From the NCBI RefSeq assembly GCF_009834535.1, contig NC_045697.1, positions 37,078,001-37,142,000 on the forward strand: a stretch of 64,000 bases of DNA. The letters are read 5' to 3'. The DNA comes from Camelus ferus (taxonomy: Eukaryota). A program made the translations under genes and the position numbers. Each line of letters starts with the position of its first letter. Within the stretch, counting starts at the first letter, position 1. The notes under the pieces were generated by a model, which made no database searches, was not told the DNA's origin, and saw only the letters and a program-made list of their open reading frames with translations. Below are positions 1 through 15,156 of the stretch, piece by piece.

Positions 1-626
1 AATGCCTGAACTTTCCAGGAGACTGTGAGGCCTGAGAGGACTAGGGGGAGCCTGTCTGCCAGCTGTCCTTGGTAGCAACGGCCAGACTGTGGCCGCTAAC
101 TGAGCGGTTCAGGAAAGCTGCCTGAGGTGCTTCGTGGGTTCCTCCAGCACATACTTTTCTGGTCCCCATGACAGCCCAGGGAACAAGGATGCACATGATG
201 GAGGGTATCTGGCTTACCCAGAACTGGTGGATCCACCAGTTTTCTTGAGTGAATGAGCACAGAAAATGAATGACAGAAATCTGGTCCTTGGCAGGAGGGG
301 TGCTTAGGGGACCCTAAGGAAGTCCACTTGGGAAGTGTGTCCAGTGTGGTGCGGCAGAGGGAAAGCCAGCCCAGCACACTCTCATTGCAGGTTCCAGCAC
401 CTGGCATCTTGGGGTGGGAGACTACATTTGCAGGGTATTTCTGAGCCTCTGATGAATGTTTTCATGTAGATTATTTCATTGAATGAATTCTCACAATGAC
501 ACTGTGCCTTGCATAGTTATTCTATGCTGCACATAAGGAGACTGAGGCTTGGAGAATTTCAGTAATGCCCAGTGTCCTCCCTCCATGACCAGTGCTCTTC
601 CTCTCCACCCCACCTGCTGTTCCAAA

Positions 627-730
627 TTTTTTGTTTGTTTGTTTTGGTTAATGGAGGTATGGGGAATTGAACCCAGGACCTTGTGCATGCTAAGCATGTG
701 CTCTACCACTGAGCTATACCCCCACTCCCC
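627..730 (-). mobile_element. tRNA-Ala-derived SINE (Vic-1 type)
   Basis: Reverse complement GGGGGTATAGCTCAGTGGTAGAGCACATGCTTAGCATGCACAAGGTCCTGGGTTCAATTCCCC, A/B boxes, A-rich tail. Confidence 0.88.
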
Positions 731-780
731 ACTGTGCTTTTTTGTCATCAAACGGGTAAATACTTTATTGATATGTGCGT

Positions 781-791
781 GCGCGCGCGCG

Positions 792-842
<51 letters not shown>
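781..842. repeat. Compound microsatellite (GC)10(AC)21
   Basis: Read directly. Confidence 0.97.
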
Positions 843-845
<3 letters not shown>

Positions 846-1571
846 CATTCATGGCCAAATGTCATTTATAATATGTGGAAGAGATCTTTTGGGGAAACTT
901 CCCTTTAATAAAGTATGAAGGAATATTTTTCTCTATTTTTTTAAAGAGGTGAATCCTCTGCTTTAAAAACATCCAAGCATAAAGAAGGTGCATTGTAAGA
1001 AGCCTTACTCCACTCCTGTCCCCATGTGCCTGGTCCCACTGTTCCCCACCCACAGGGGAATACTTCTATTAGTTTTTTAACATTCTTATGAAACTTTCTA
1101 GAGTTTCTTTAAGCAGGAATTTTATATCCCAGCGACCTCTTCCTATCAATACAGAGACTGTGGCCTCATTCTTTCTTCCAAGGATGCTCTGTTGTTTAGC
1201 TGACCACTCAAATGATGGATAGAGGAAGCAAGTTTTTTTTTTAAGATAAAAATCAAGGGCTTAAAAAAAGTTGGTTGCATGTGTTTATTGCTGTTTAAAG
1301 GTCAGGCCTTAGCAGAGCTGACTGCTCTTGTAGTCACATAAGCCACTGTTCTTCTCAGACTGTCTGGTCTTCTGTTTAAGAATTAAGCATCTATGACTCA
1401 AGACATTCCATGTGCAGAAAATGTATCAAAAATCCCAGTAACGTGGTGATAAGAGCAAGGACAAAAGACGTTTTTACTTTTTTATGAAAACAGAATTTAA
1501 ATTGGAGACGGACATTGCGGTTGGAATTTAGTTGGCTACTCCTTGCTGAAACGAAGTCCTCTTCTTTTAAG

Positions 1572-1687
1572 GTATCGAAGCAAATTAAAGCTGATCCGGG
1601 CCAAGGAAGAAGACAGTGGCCATTATACCATCGTAGTTGAAAACGAGGATGACATGAAGAGCTACACGTTTGAACTCTTAACTCAAG
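1572..1687 (+). CDS. PDGFRA: PDGFRA exon 8 (end of Ig4); upstream exons lie outside the window
   Basis: ttttaag acceptor, GT donor at 1688; 116 bp; [38 protein letters not shown]. Confidence 0.95.
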
Positions 1688-2572
1688 GTCTGGAAGGGCC
1701 GTAGGAAGATGATGCCAGCTCGGCGAGGGGAGCCTGGCATCTTCTCCCAGGTCGTGGAGGGAAAAGCTGCCCTTTTAGGGGAGAAGTAGGGACCGTGGAT
1801 GTCCCGTGTCAGGGACAGCTCCGAACTCCGAGGCTCCAGTAGCTTCTTTGTCACCACCTGCTTCTCAGTCTGATACCTCTAGTTCTGGGAAGAGTGAAAT
1901 GATGCTTTTTGGTCTACATGACCTTAGACTGTTCTGGAGTGTTTTGGCCTTTTTGCTTAGCTTTCATTGTAGACCTCATACAGTGGCCCTTACCAGAAAG
2001 CAGTGCCCAACTCTATTTAGATTCCGGTGCTGAGCACACCTGTTCCCTGAGTACCTGCCTTGGGCCAGGTACTGTCTTAGGTGGGCTCTTCTGCCCCTTT
2101 GTCAATCTGTGATACAAGTACCAGCATATTTCTAACTTATTTGATCACAGGTTAAAAACAAAATCTTTAAAACCTGGTAATATCCCACAGGTGCACTTTG
2201 GTAAACGCTGCTTTAGATTATACCGTTTAGATGAATCCATTAGATGAATCCAAACTATCATATAGTTTTAAAGAGCCTCCTCGCCTTTCCACCCAAGTAA
2301 CTACAGGGCTTTTTGCTTTCTTCACTCCAGATTTAAACACCACAGGGCACAAATGCCAAAACACTCAAACTGTGACCATTCTTCTACCAAGTGGGTCTGT
2401 CCAAACGGGAGTGTTACTGTGCACACGACCGGTCCCAGCCCCCTCCCGGGTGGTTACTTGATTTGTCGGTTTGAGTGTCACATGGACAAGTTCTGAACTC
2501 GTTCCATTTTGTTGTGCCCACAAGTTCTGGGACAGGAACCATTCAATGCCGATTTCTTTTCACCTCTTGCAG

Positions 2573-2699
2573 TTCCGTCATCCATTCTGGACTTGGTCGA
2601 CGACCACCATGGCTCTAACGGGGGACAGACAGTGAGATGTGCAGCTGAAGGGACCCCTCTTCCTGACATTGAGTGGATGATTTGCAAGGATATTAAGAA
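2573..2699 (+). CDS. PDGFRA: PDGFRA exon 9 (Ig5)
   Basis: AG/GT bounded, 127 bp; [41 protein letters not shown]. Confidence 0.96.
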
Positions 2700-3756
2700 G
2701 TATGGAAACCAGATGTTCCTTTTTGTGGTCAGAATGTTTCTTCCTTGGCACAGAGGACTTCAAATGCATTTTATTTCTTTTGCTGCCCTCCTCCTTTTTT
2801 TTTTTGCATTTATGATTCTTATTTGGCCTGAGTCTCATAAACTGCAAGATAGGGTTCTGAACATGGAACTTGTGTGTGTGTCTGTGCACATATGTGCACT
2901 CTGTGTTCATGAATAGCTGTAAGAAGGTGTATAGTTTTCATTAGATCATCAAGAAAGGGTGAATTTAAAAAACTGTGGGAAGAGGATTGTTACTACCCTG
3001 GCCCACATTTCCACCGCACATTTTGCACATGGTGAACTTTATTTGCTGGCTAGATTGGCGTTTGAATGAAATTGCTGCCCAGATGACTTCTCATTACCTG
3101 CTGCATGGTGAGGGTTACCTGACCGGCTCCTCCTTCACCTGCCTTCCTCCACCTTCCCCCAGGGGCACATGAGCTGCGTGTTCATACCTCCAACCCTGGC
3201 ATGGCGACTGCGGTGCTCCGAAGCCTCGACTGCTTCTCCTGGGGGCCAAGCCTCCTAGACCTACTCCCTCTTAGGCCTAAGGCACCGACCAGACTTGGAT
3301 CTTGGCTGAAGCTGGACTCTGTTTCTCTTAACTTAGCCAGGGCATTGCTCCAACCCTAGTGACACCTGAAGGGGTCTTCACAGTGTGGGTGGAGAGAAGG
3401 GTGGGCACCAGGCCTTTTGGAAGGTGTGGGAAGTTGGGATAGTTAGACGTTCTTGAAGACTAGCTTGTTTATGGGCTCAGGGCTTGTGATGGGTGGTTGT
3501 ATTTGATTGAACTTGTTTATCTCCACCTTGCCTTCATAAACAGCTAACTTTTAATTATCCATGTGGAGGTTATGCTCTCTTGGAGAACAGGTTTTAATGT
3601 TAATCTGCACATAAAATAAGAAAATCAGGCTGTAGCCCCTCCACCCCAATGCAGACAAGGTCATGACCACTTGCCATCTTAGTTGATTCTAAGCTCCACT
3701 CACCCCTGTGACTCCCTGTAATTGGCTCTATATCCATGTTCTTTTTCTCTCTCCAG

Positions 3757-3950
3757 ATGTAATAATGAAACTTCATGGACGATTTTGGCCAACAATATCT
3801 CCAACATCATCACGGAGGTCCACCCCCGAGACAGGAGCACGGTGGAGGGCCAGGTGACATTTGCCAAAGTGGAGGAGACCATTGCAGTTCGATGCCTGGC
3901 AAAGAACCTCCTTGGGGCTGAGAGCCGAGAACTGAAGCTGGTGGCGCCCA
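3757..3950 (+). CDS. PDGFRA: PDGFRA exon 10 (Ig5)
   Basis: ctccag / gtgagt, 194 bp; [20 protein letters not shown]...RELKLVAP. Confidence 0.97.
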
Positions 3951-4592
3951 GTGAGTGCTCATGAGTCAGGACAACACTAAGTCACCAGCCACGCCCTTCC
4001 TTCTTCTGGTGGGACTTTGAATCCCAGAGGGTCCGGTGGGAATGAAGGTCCCTTGGCAGAAATTCAGCTCTGGATGCTCTTAAAGGGCCTTCTCTGGGCA
4101 TCCGTGTGGGAGCCTTTTCTTTCAGATTCAGATCCCAAACCATATCCTGTAGTGGCTCCTCAGCATTTTGCTTGTCTAATTACCCAGTCTCTTTGATCTG
4201 AGTGTGGGGACAGAGGACAGGGAAGGAGCATCTTCTCCCTTGTTGCTCCTTATAACAGTTAAGACAGATTGAATTCTTTAAAAAAAAAAAATCAGTGAAG
4301 CCAAAAGCAGTATGAATAAACTGCCACCTTTCAAAGTAAACTGAACTTAAGTTCCTGAACTAATGGTAGCTCTCAGTCTCATTTACCAATCTTTATATTC
4401 CAATTCACATTCTGTCCACAAGGTTAATGCTGGAGCAACTTTGGAAAAAGTACCGTGTTCCCAATTGAATGTTGTCCCTTTCCCTTCTAAGGGAGGAGTT
4501 GGCGTAGTTTCATGCATGTAGGTAATTGAGAGCTGGTCTCGTCCATCCCTAAAATAAGCCAGGCAGCTCTCATACTTCCCTACCAGCAGTGA

Positions 4593-4814
<222 letters not shown>

Positions 4815-4986
4815 TGAAACCAATAACAAGAAGAAAAGCATCCTAGTTCAGTGCTCGGCACAGAGGAGGAGCCCAGTAATTACATGATGAGTGCATGTTG
4901 TTGAATCCACCATGTCCAGTCACTTTGGTGCTGTGGTACATTTGGATGTGGGTAATTTACCAGTTACCTGTCCTGGTCATTTATAG

Positions 4987-5286
<300 letters not shown>

Positions 5287-6798
5287 TAATGATTTTTTTA
5301 AAAACCTCATCCATAACAAATTATAGTTAAACAGCATTTTACAAAAAGAGAAGAGAATATGAGGAAGCGTGCCAAAGATACCCATCAAAGTGGCTTTGCT
5401 TTGGAAATGGTACCAACTGAATATGAGATGAATTTCAGTGACTGAAATGGAACAGATGAGATGAATGAGAATAATTGCAAAATATATTTTGATCCAGTAC
5501 ATCCTGAGGATGTATTAGATACTACTTTAAAATACAGAGTATAAAAAATAAGTACATCTTAAAGCAAAATATGAAAAAATAGTCATGCCAACTTATCACA
5601 AACTTTTCAAGTATTTCAATCTTGGGTTTAGACCAAGTGCATGAAGCTTTAGTCCAAGGGATTTTTTTTTTTCAGTCTCATTCTGAATGAATGAAAACAG
5701 GACAAAGACAAGTGAAAGTTAGATCTAGAAGTTGTGTCATCATGAATATTCTAATAGTGTGTACTTTGGAGGATGTCAAAGGCATTTTTAAATTATCCAC
5801 TTGTCTCATTCCAAAATACAGCAAAGGTGGGTCTTCTTAGAGAGCTACTTAATCTGAGATCGAACAAGACACCCTGGCTGCTCCCATTCAAATACTTACA
5901 CCTGAGAACTAAGCTTTATTATATTTTCTTTCTTGTTTTACAAAAAGGGATGAGGAGCTTAGGGAATAAAATACAGAGAAAAAGGGCAACCAACATCCCG
6001 AATGTGCCAAGAGGCATTTCCGCATCGCTCTGCTCCTGTGTATTGTCGAGTTGCTGGGGAGGCAGTACCCTTTCAGGAATGATTTCCAGCCATGCAGATA
6101 CGCAGTCACAGGCATTGTTGGCTGTCAGTGTCCTTTATGAGTGGAATCGCTCCCTGGCTTGGCTCTATGTGATGAGACTGACCACTCTGGGAAACGTCCC
6201 TTTAGGCTGTGAGCTGTTTAAGAGTGGCGATGACAGCTTCTGTTTCATTTTGTAGCTCCCAACATTGTGGCAAAGTGTGTTCCTTGGGTGTGTTTTAGCC
6301 TTTGCTCCTCCTGGTCTTCCTAACAAACGGGAAGCAAGGGCGCCAGCCCGAAGTTTATTTCATCACTGCTTGGAATCAGTGATGTCTTGAATATTGAAGA
6401 AGTTCCAGTGGATAAGGGCTTATTGATGCAAAAGATGCCCCTGTTTGCGTGCAGAAAACAGAAGGGTAGGAGGTTTGGGCGAGAGCCACAGAAGGCAAGT
6501 GCTTTCTGAGCGCCCACGATCTGGCCCAGCTCTCTAGCTGGGAGACAGAGTGCTCACGCCAGGGAGGGCTGCACCCTCCTCTCTCCCGTCTGTGTTTTCC
6601 TTTCCTTTGCAAATGTTATTTGACAAAAGCAATTATACTAATTTCCTTCCCTGTGGGCTCAATTCTGGTTTTGACATGATGACTTGGAGGGATCATTATG
6701 CTTCCTCCATACGGGAAAAACACCACCCAGCTGTGCACCCACGAGCGCTGGCCATGGTAAAGAAAGCTGATGAGATGCCTGACTTCTGTGCCTGTTGA

Positions 6799-6948
<150 letters not shown>

Positions 6949-7286
6949 TGAATATGGGGAGATTAAGTAAATGGCTCAAAATCACACAGCCAGTAAATGC
7001 CAAATGTAGGACTAGATCTTGGTTCTTTTCACTCTAGGTTTTATGTGTATTTAGATTCTTTTGTCAGTTAGGTTTATTTAGATTGTTCTTGTTGCCTGTA
7101 TGTTGGAAAATCAAGAGTTATTTTTAGTGACTTCTTTTTATGTTAAAGCCTGGGGATGAGCTATTATGAGTCACTGATCTGTTTCTCTTTTAGACCCTTG
7201 GTAAATAAAATGATATCTAGTCATAGGATTAGCCATGTTTTGGGCTTTTTCTGGGTAGTAGATAGCTTGGTTGAACTGATATGTGA

Positions 7287-7415
<129 letters not shown>

Positions 7416-7583
7416 TAGGCTTGCTCACCTGAGACTGAGGATTTTCATAGAGCGCTGTGCTTGTGAAAACTGTCCAGGCTTTTTCACCCCCCACCCTGTA
7501 CCTCCAGACATGGCAGTGAATACAAGTTCCTTGGATGGAGTCCTTGCCTGGATTCCATTACTTGAGGGAAGCTCACTGTTTGA

Positions 7584-7829
<246 letters not shown>

Positions 7830-8658
7830 TAGGTGTGCAGAGAGGTGCTGCTGTGAATGACGATCTTACGAGCCTCACCAGCGAGAGAACCCATGTCCTG
7901 ATAGAGGCCATGTCTGAGATTCAGAGCCTGGTGGTAGCAGGACTTAGAGTCCCCGTCCCTGCTCCGTCATCCCATAACGTGATGCTGATAGATACCTGGT
8001 GTCTGCAGGTGTTTTGGACCAGGTTATCATGTTGGGGATAGGTTTGCTGATAGGTTAGAATGAGAGTGAGAGTTGGAATCATTCTGGGAGCCATATTGCT
8101 GTTTATGTGTGGTCTACTCACGACCTCCACATGCGTCTCCGCCAGGGATGTCTCAGTGCTAGTGTCTTGTGGGAATCTGAGGATTTCCAAGCTTAAGACG
8201 CAGGTCCTTGCTGAACCTGGGCCTGTAAGTCAAGCCAGTGAAGTGATGATCCCCACTGTGGAAACCTATACGTGTCTGCAAAGATCTCTGTAGATAGGAA
8301 TTTCTGTCAGATCAGACAGTACGTGAGTTCACTTCATATTAAATTATTCAACGGGCACCAAATTGCTGCTAAACTTATTGAGTAGCAGGAGTTGTCTGCC
8401 CAAGCCAGTTGGTCACATGGTGCAGGTCAGTGGCCTGTAAACCGGAAAGCAGAGCACAGACACAGCTGAGCTGAGCTGAGCTGCTCTGCGTGTTCGTGTG
8501 GTCGTCGCCGAGTGCTCGTCCCCCCGCTAGACCCCACGGGAGGGCGCGGCTGGCTGTGCTTTTGCTCCCCCGCCGCCCCTGCGCCCACCGCTGCCTTGCA
8601 CAGCTGATCACCATCTACCAAATGTGGGATGATCGCTCCAGAGGGGCACCCTGGATAA

Positions 8659-8880
<222 letters not shown>

Positions 8881-9139
8881 TGATTGTCCAGTGATTTAAA
8901 ATGATGCTTAAAATACTCCAAAGATAGTGAGCAGGCAGGGTAAGTAGGACTGCCAGGCCACAGGGTCCCTAACCGCAGATCTACAAGGCCGGGCCCGGGA
9001 CATGTTTTTAAAGGTCTGCAGCCTGTGAATTGAAAAAGAAGAAAAAGAATAAAGACAGACCTAATGTAACAAATTTTTCAGACTCTAAGTGAAATTATTT
9101 TATTTTATTAGTTTAATTTTATTGTATATTTTTACTTTT

Positions 9140-9400
9140 TTCTTAGTTTTTTTTGAGATATAGTTGACATATGGGACTGTGTAAGTTTAAGGTGTACAGC
9201 GTAGTGATTTGACTTACATACATCATGAAATGATGACCACAGTAGATTTAGTGAGCATCCATCATCTCATATAGATACAAAGTAAAAGAAAAAAAATTAT
9301 TTTCCTTGTGATGAGAACTCAGTATTTACTCTCTTACCTTTCATATAAAACATACAGCAGTGTTAATTATATTAATCCTGTTGTATATTACATCCCTGTA
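9140..9400 (-). mobile_element. L1 3' end fragment (L1MA-like)
   Basis: TTTTGAGATATAGTTGACAT...GTAAGTTTAAGGTGTACA...GATGAGAACT pattern. Confidence 0.75.
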
Positions 9401-10964
9401 ATGTGTCTTTAAATGTAATTGTTTAAAGAATTATTTGTTTGAATATAATGATATTCTTTTTTTGGGTGTTAACATGTTTTTTTATTTTTCCTTTAATTGA
9501 AACTATGGTGATGACTGATGTTTTTTCTCAGTGCCCTTACTTGGCAAAATTAAAAGCTGACAATCTTACATTGGATCCTAATGTTATTTTTTTAATTTAA
9601 TTATATAAATCCCTAATATCTGTGAGTTCTATAGCCTTTGCTTTTAGCTTTGCTGATATCCCAGTTTGTGACAGAAACTGGAAAGTGGACAATTTGAGGT
9701 TATATTTTCTGACAAAGGGGTTGAGTGTTTCTACTGAATGTCATTTGAAGGAAGATCTGTCTGTTTTCAAAGCAGACGAGCATGTGGCAAGGTTGAATTG
9801 ATTTATAAACTCCGGGGAGCCTAGCTGATGCCCATACCAGATGGACCACCCTACATCTGCTGCGGGGGTGGCCCCTCCAGGGTTCTAGTCTAATCACAGG
9901 CTTGGAGTCGGGAGGAGGCTGTGAGATGGAGCTGGTGGTGACTTGCTCCCTAATCTTGTATTACTGGGTCTGAGTCCTCCCATTGGTCCATGCAAAAGGC
10001 ATTGAGCTGCCATGGAAATTGTTTTGAAAATCACTGATGTACTCTGAATGCTTTCAGGGTTCTTAAGTGAAAGGTACAATTCATTAAAAAAAAAAGAAAA
10101 AGAAAAAGAATGTGCTTGTTTTGCAAAGCATAGTACATAATAATATTTTCCACTCCTGCAGTTCCAAGTTCCACTCACTTCTCATTGCCAACTGGGGAGA
10201 CTTCCAAGCCCTTTTTAAAGATTAGCCAATGAGACTTGTCGGAACCAACACTTCCTTTCCCTCCTGTATTGTTAAAAATAGTTTACATTGCTTCCCAGGC
10301 TGGACCTGGCTTCAGATGTAGGGGGGACCTGATTCATGCTCAGCCCAGGCCCAGTTGGCAGGCAGACCATTGCTTTCTGGCTGGAAAAATGTGAATGGCT
10401 GCAGCTACTCTGCAGTTGCCTGAAATTTTTCAAAAAACACTGAGAACTGCTGGCCTAGAGCGCCTCCTTCCTCGAAAACCCTGGGACCCTTCCAGATGGG
10501 ACCAACTGGGGAAGGGGAACTACATGCAAAGTCTTTGGCACTACTCGTTAAGATCGCCACCTCTAGTGGCTGGTGGCTAATTTTATTCATGAAGTAAGCC
10601 AAGTACTACGAAGGTGGCTTTAAAAAGGAAAAAAAGCTATTCCTAGAAGCTGCTTTTTTAAAGAGCCTTCATGTACATTCATCATGGGAGATTGGGGCAC
10701 ATGTGTGCGAGTGTGCGTGTGTGTGTTTTAAAAGTGGCTGAGGGGATTCGTTAACTAAGGTTGAAAAAAGAAATTTGGGAGGCAAACGGCAAAATACATG
10801 TAAGAATCTTGAGACTGGTCCTCATAGAGATACATATGTATTTAAACCAGGTATATGTTTCTGTGGATGTATTTCTTTTTAAAGAGAGAACTTTTGCATA
10901 GTTGACACACCCACCTGTGATGTCTAGAAATTCTAAAAGAAAATACTTTTGGTATGTTCTTTGA

Positions 10965-11249
<285 letters not shown>

Positions 11250-11519
11250 TGAGGGAGATCTTGGAGAAGCCACTAGCAAAGGTTGCATCTCTCTTCCTCT
11301 TCGCCAAAGCAGGGCAGGGAGTTTGACATGATCAGGTGTCTACTTTTCTCCAGAGCTCTCTCCTTCTTGGTGGTGGAGGGTGAGGATTGGGACTAAGGCC
11401 GGGAGAGGTGAGCTCTTCATGCCAGGACAGCCTCCCTGAGGTCTGCCTGGCAGCTCCAAGCGCCCCCATGAAGTGGCCAGTCTTGCAGGGGTGATGCTGT
11501 CCAGCAGCAGATGGACTGA

Positions 11520-11726
<207 letters not shown>

Positions 11727-11814
11727 TGAAAGCAGATATTGCTTCTAGCCTTTCAGAGCCCAGATCTTTAACACGGAGCCCATGAGCTTCACAAACAGAC
11801 TCCGGGGGTCAGTT

Positions 11815-12050
11815 ATGAAAAGCGCAGGTTCTGCAGATGGGCTGCCCGGCTGTGGGCAGCAGCCCCAGCACTCACTAGTGTGGGCACTTGGGGCAAGTGA
11901 CGTGGCCATTCTGTGCCTCGATTTCCCTTTCTGTATCAGGGAAGTGACGTTGTACCTGTCTCTTGAGTTGCCGGGGGAATTAGATCAGTGGATTCAAGTA
12001 AAATGCTTAGGACAGTGCCTGGCCCACACAGAGCACCCAGTAAGTGGTAA
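11815..12050 (+). mobile_element. MIR SINE remnant
   Basis: GGGCAAGTGAC...TCTGTGCCTCGATTTCCC...AAATGCTTAGGACAGTGCCTGGC core. Confidence 0.7.
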
Positions 12051-12221
12051 CTATCAATGTGGAAATTGTGCATTTATTTCCAAGGAGAATGCCTTTAACT
12101 TTTATCAAAATCCAGATGGCATCCATGACCCCTAAAATGTTGAAACCATTTGTGTTAATACATCTTAGAAGCATAATTTCCTTAAAGATACTCATTCTGG
12201 TTTCCCCCTCGCCCCCCTTAT

Positions 12222-12300
12222 TGGAGGCACTGGGGATTGAACCCAGGACCTCATGCATGCCAAGCATGTGCGCTACTCCTGAGCTATTTCCCCAACTCCC
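12222..12300 (-). mobile_element. tRNA-Ala-derived SINE (Vic-1 type)
   Basis: TGGAGGCACTGGGGATTGAACCCAGGACCTCATGCATGCCAAGCATG...GAGCTA. Confidence 0.85.
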
Positions 12301-12909
12301 AAGGTCATCATTCTGTACTACACTTGAACCTTCTCCCCACCATGTCCAACTCTAAGCAGAGGAAGTAGCTTGGGATACATCTGCCACCTGTAGGTACAAT
12401 TCCAAATCACCCCACTGCACTGGTTGTGAGTCTGCTCACGGCGTTGCTGCCCAGCCCTGCAGGACTCTGGTCTCTGTCTGTGCTCTGCATGTTTTATGTA
12501 CTGTGTGGCCATGACCTGTAGCTTTAGGCATCTTGCACAAATCAATGGACTGTTCTAAAAGGTCATGGATCTCTGTTATCTCCTCACAATCTTAGGCGGC
12601 TGAAGGATGCTACTTGTGGCTACTTTCTATATCTACCTCAGTTTAATATTTCCACTGATGTTTGGACCAGCCTCTCAAAAGAGGCTGCAAAATTATCATA
12701 ATATTATATTTTTGTATTAGTAGGAAATGATTCTTACAGTTCCAAAATGTAATTAGCTCTCAGATCACTGGGTCTGTTCTTAATTTTATTTCTAGGAACA
12801 CCAGAAAATAGGGGACAGGTCCATTTAGGGCTCACACTTTTTGGGTACAAATTCAGGATGAAGTATCTTTGGATATTAGTCCTTGGGAGGGCATAAGAGG
12901 CAACAGTGA

Positions 12910-13005
12910 CCATCCATCATTCATCAGATATGTACTGAGCACCCATTAGGTGCCAGGTACTCTTCTGGGTGTGGAGAATACAGACGTGAACAAAACAACA
13001 GAGAC
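12910..13005 (-). mobile_element. L2 3' end remnant
   Basis: CATTCATCAGATATGTACTGAGCACC...GTGCCAGGTAC...GTGAACAAAACA. Confidence 0.6.
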
Positions 13006-13091
13006 ACGCATGTGGGGCAAGGTTACTAGGGTGTTCTTACTAGCGTTATTATTAGCCCAGAGAGGACGCCTTTCTGCTTCTGCTGCTGTAG

Positions 13092-13298
<207 letters not shown>

Positions 13299-14334
13299 TA
13301 GGAGGGAGACACCGTGTTTTCCCCGCTCCAGGGTGTGAACAATGTTATGATATCTGGTGTGAGTCAAGTGCACTGCAGCCGATTTACGTCATGTTGTGCA
13401 CTTAACGATATCTATGTCTGCCGGTGCGGATGGAGAAGGGGTCTTGGGCAGCTGCACCCTCACCCCTGGCCTTTGCACCTCCTCTCCTTTGGGCTGCATC
13501 AGAGAGACTTTCTCCTACTGGAGATGCTCTTGATGACATCCACTGACTGTCTGCTTCTCCGTCTTGGACTTTGGGTTGAGTGGGTTCACCAGTGAGAGTC
13601 GCCCATCCCTCACCATGGTGAGGGATACTTGGTGAGAGGTAGTGCAGTGAGGGCAAGGGCACGGCTCCCTTCCTGGTCATCGCTCTGGAGGAGAGAGACC
13701 TAGTCATTCAGTCAGTCAGGCCCCAGGTCCTGAGCAACACAGGTGCCCCGAGCTGCCAGGTGAGGGCCCTGTGCGAGGGGTGATTCAGGGTTCTGACCTC
13801 CGGACACTTCACCTGGGGAGGTATGACTTACCCACTTAGTGGTCAGCTGTGTGGTCCTCATTTAAAATTCTAACAGAAGCCCAGAGGAAAGAGGAAGGAG
13901 TCCTGGAGTAGTTTTGGAAGGAAGCTAAACTTGACCTGGCCTTGGCCACAAAAATGTGAAATGTTTCATGAATTTACTGTCATCCTGATGTGATAGTAAA
14001 GGGCTTCCCTGCCTGGCATCCCTTTTCTGTCCCTCCATTGAGGTCACTGTGGGTCATCCTAGGGTGTGGCGTAACTGAGGCTCAGTGTTCCATTAGAAGC
14101 AGAGAATTATCTAGACATTTCAAGACTTCTGCCTTAATTATTTGAACATTTCTGATGAAAATGAGTTTTTTGGCCTCAGTGATTCATAATTTCTCTGGCT
14201 TTTCTATTTTGCTTCGTATAGATAGATCCAGGAGTCAGAAATATTGAAAAGCACTCTTTTAGACATGTAGAATTTTTGCCAGGGGTGTCTGAACTCGACC
14301 AACCTAGAAATGCTGGTTAAATTTAAGAATTGGT

Positions 14335-14470
14335 GGGGGAGGGTACAGCTCAGTGGTATAGCGCATGCTTAGCATGCGTCAGATCCTGTGTTCAATCTCT
14401 AGTACCTCCATTAAAACAAACAAACCAACAAACCAAATTACCTCCCCACCAAACAAAAACCAAAAAAGAA
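14335..14470 (+). mobile_element. tRNA-Ala-derived SINE (Vic-1 type, long form)
   Basis: GGGGGAGGGTACAGCTCAGTGG...GTTCAATCTCTAGTACCTCCA, A-rich linker, AATTACCTCCCC, A-rich tail. Confidence 0.88.
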
Positions 14471-14579
14471 TTAAATTTAATTTAAAAAAATAGTTGGACA
14501 AAAGTTTTAAAAATTAAAAAAAAAACAAAAAAAGTTGGGCAGGGCTATGAAATCAAGGAGATGATAATAGTTTCCTTGA

Positions 14580-14801
<222 letters not shown>

Positions 14802-14895
14802 TGAGCCCCCTCCCCATCCTGTGGGCCTGTGCTCATGCCCAGTGGGTCCGTGGGGGCGGGCGGTGCCCGGGCGTTGCTCCCTGTGCCCACTCTGA

Positions 14896-15156
<261 letters not shown>

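Noticed and set aside
652..724. Functional tRNA-Ala genes at the six tRNA-like loci
   Set aside because: Copies are diverged and have A-rich tails or TSDs, so they are SINEs
2227..2252. 13-bp tandem duplication TTAGATGAATCCA x2
   Set aside because: Ordinary intronic micro-duplication with no functional cue
5773..6255. 160-aa ORF in intron 12
   Set aside because: No recognisable homology or coding-like composition
10555..10571. CTCF-like motif (reverse complement GCCACTAGAGGTGGCG); also CCACTAGGGGCAC at 45502-45514
   Set aside because: Both deviate from the core spacing; cannot be supported without a PWM scan or ChIP data
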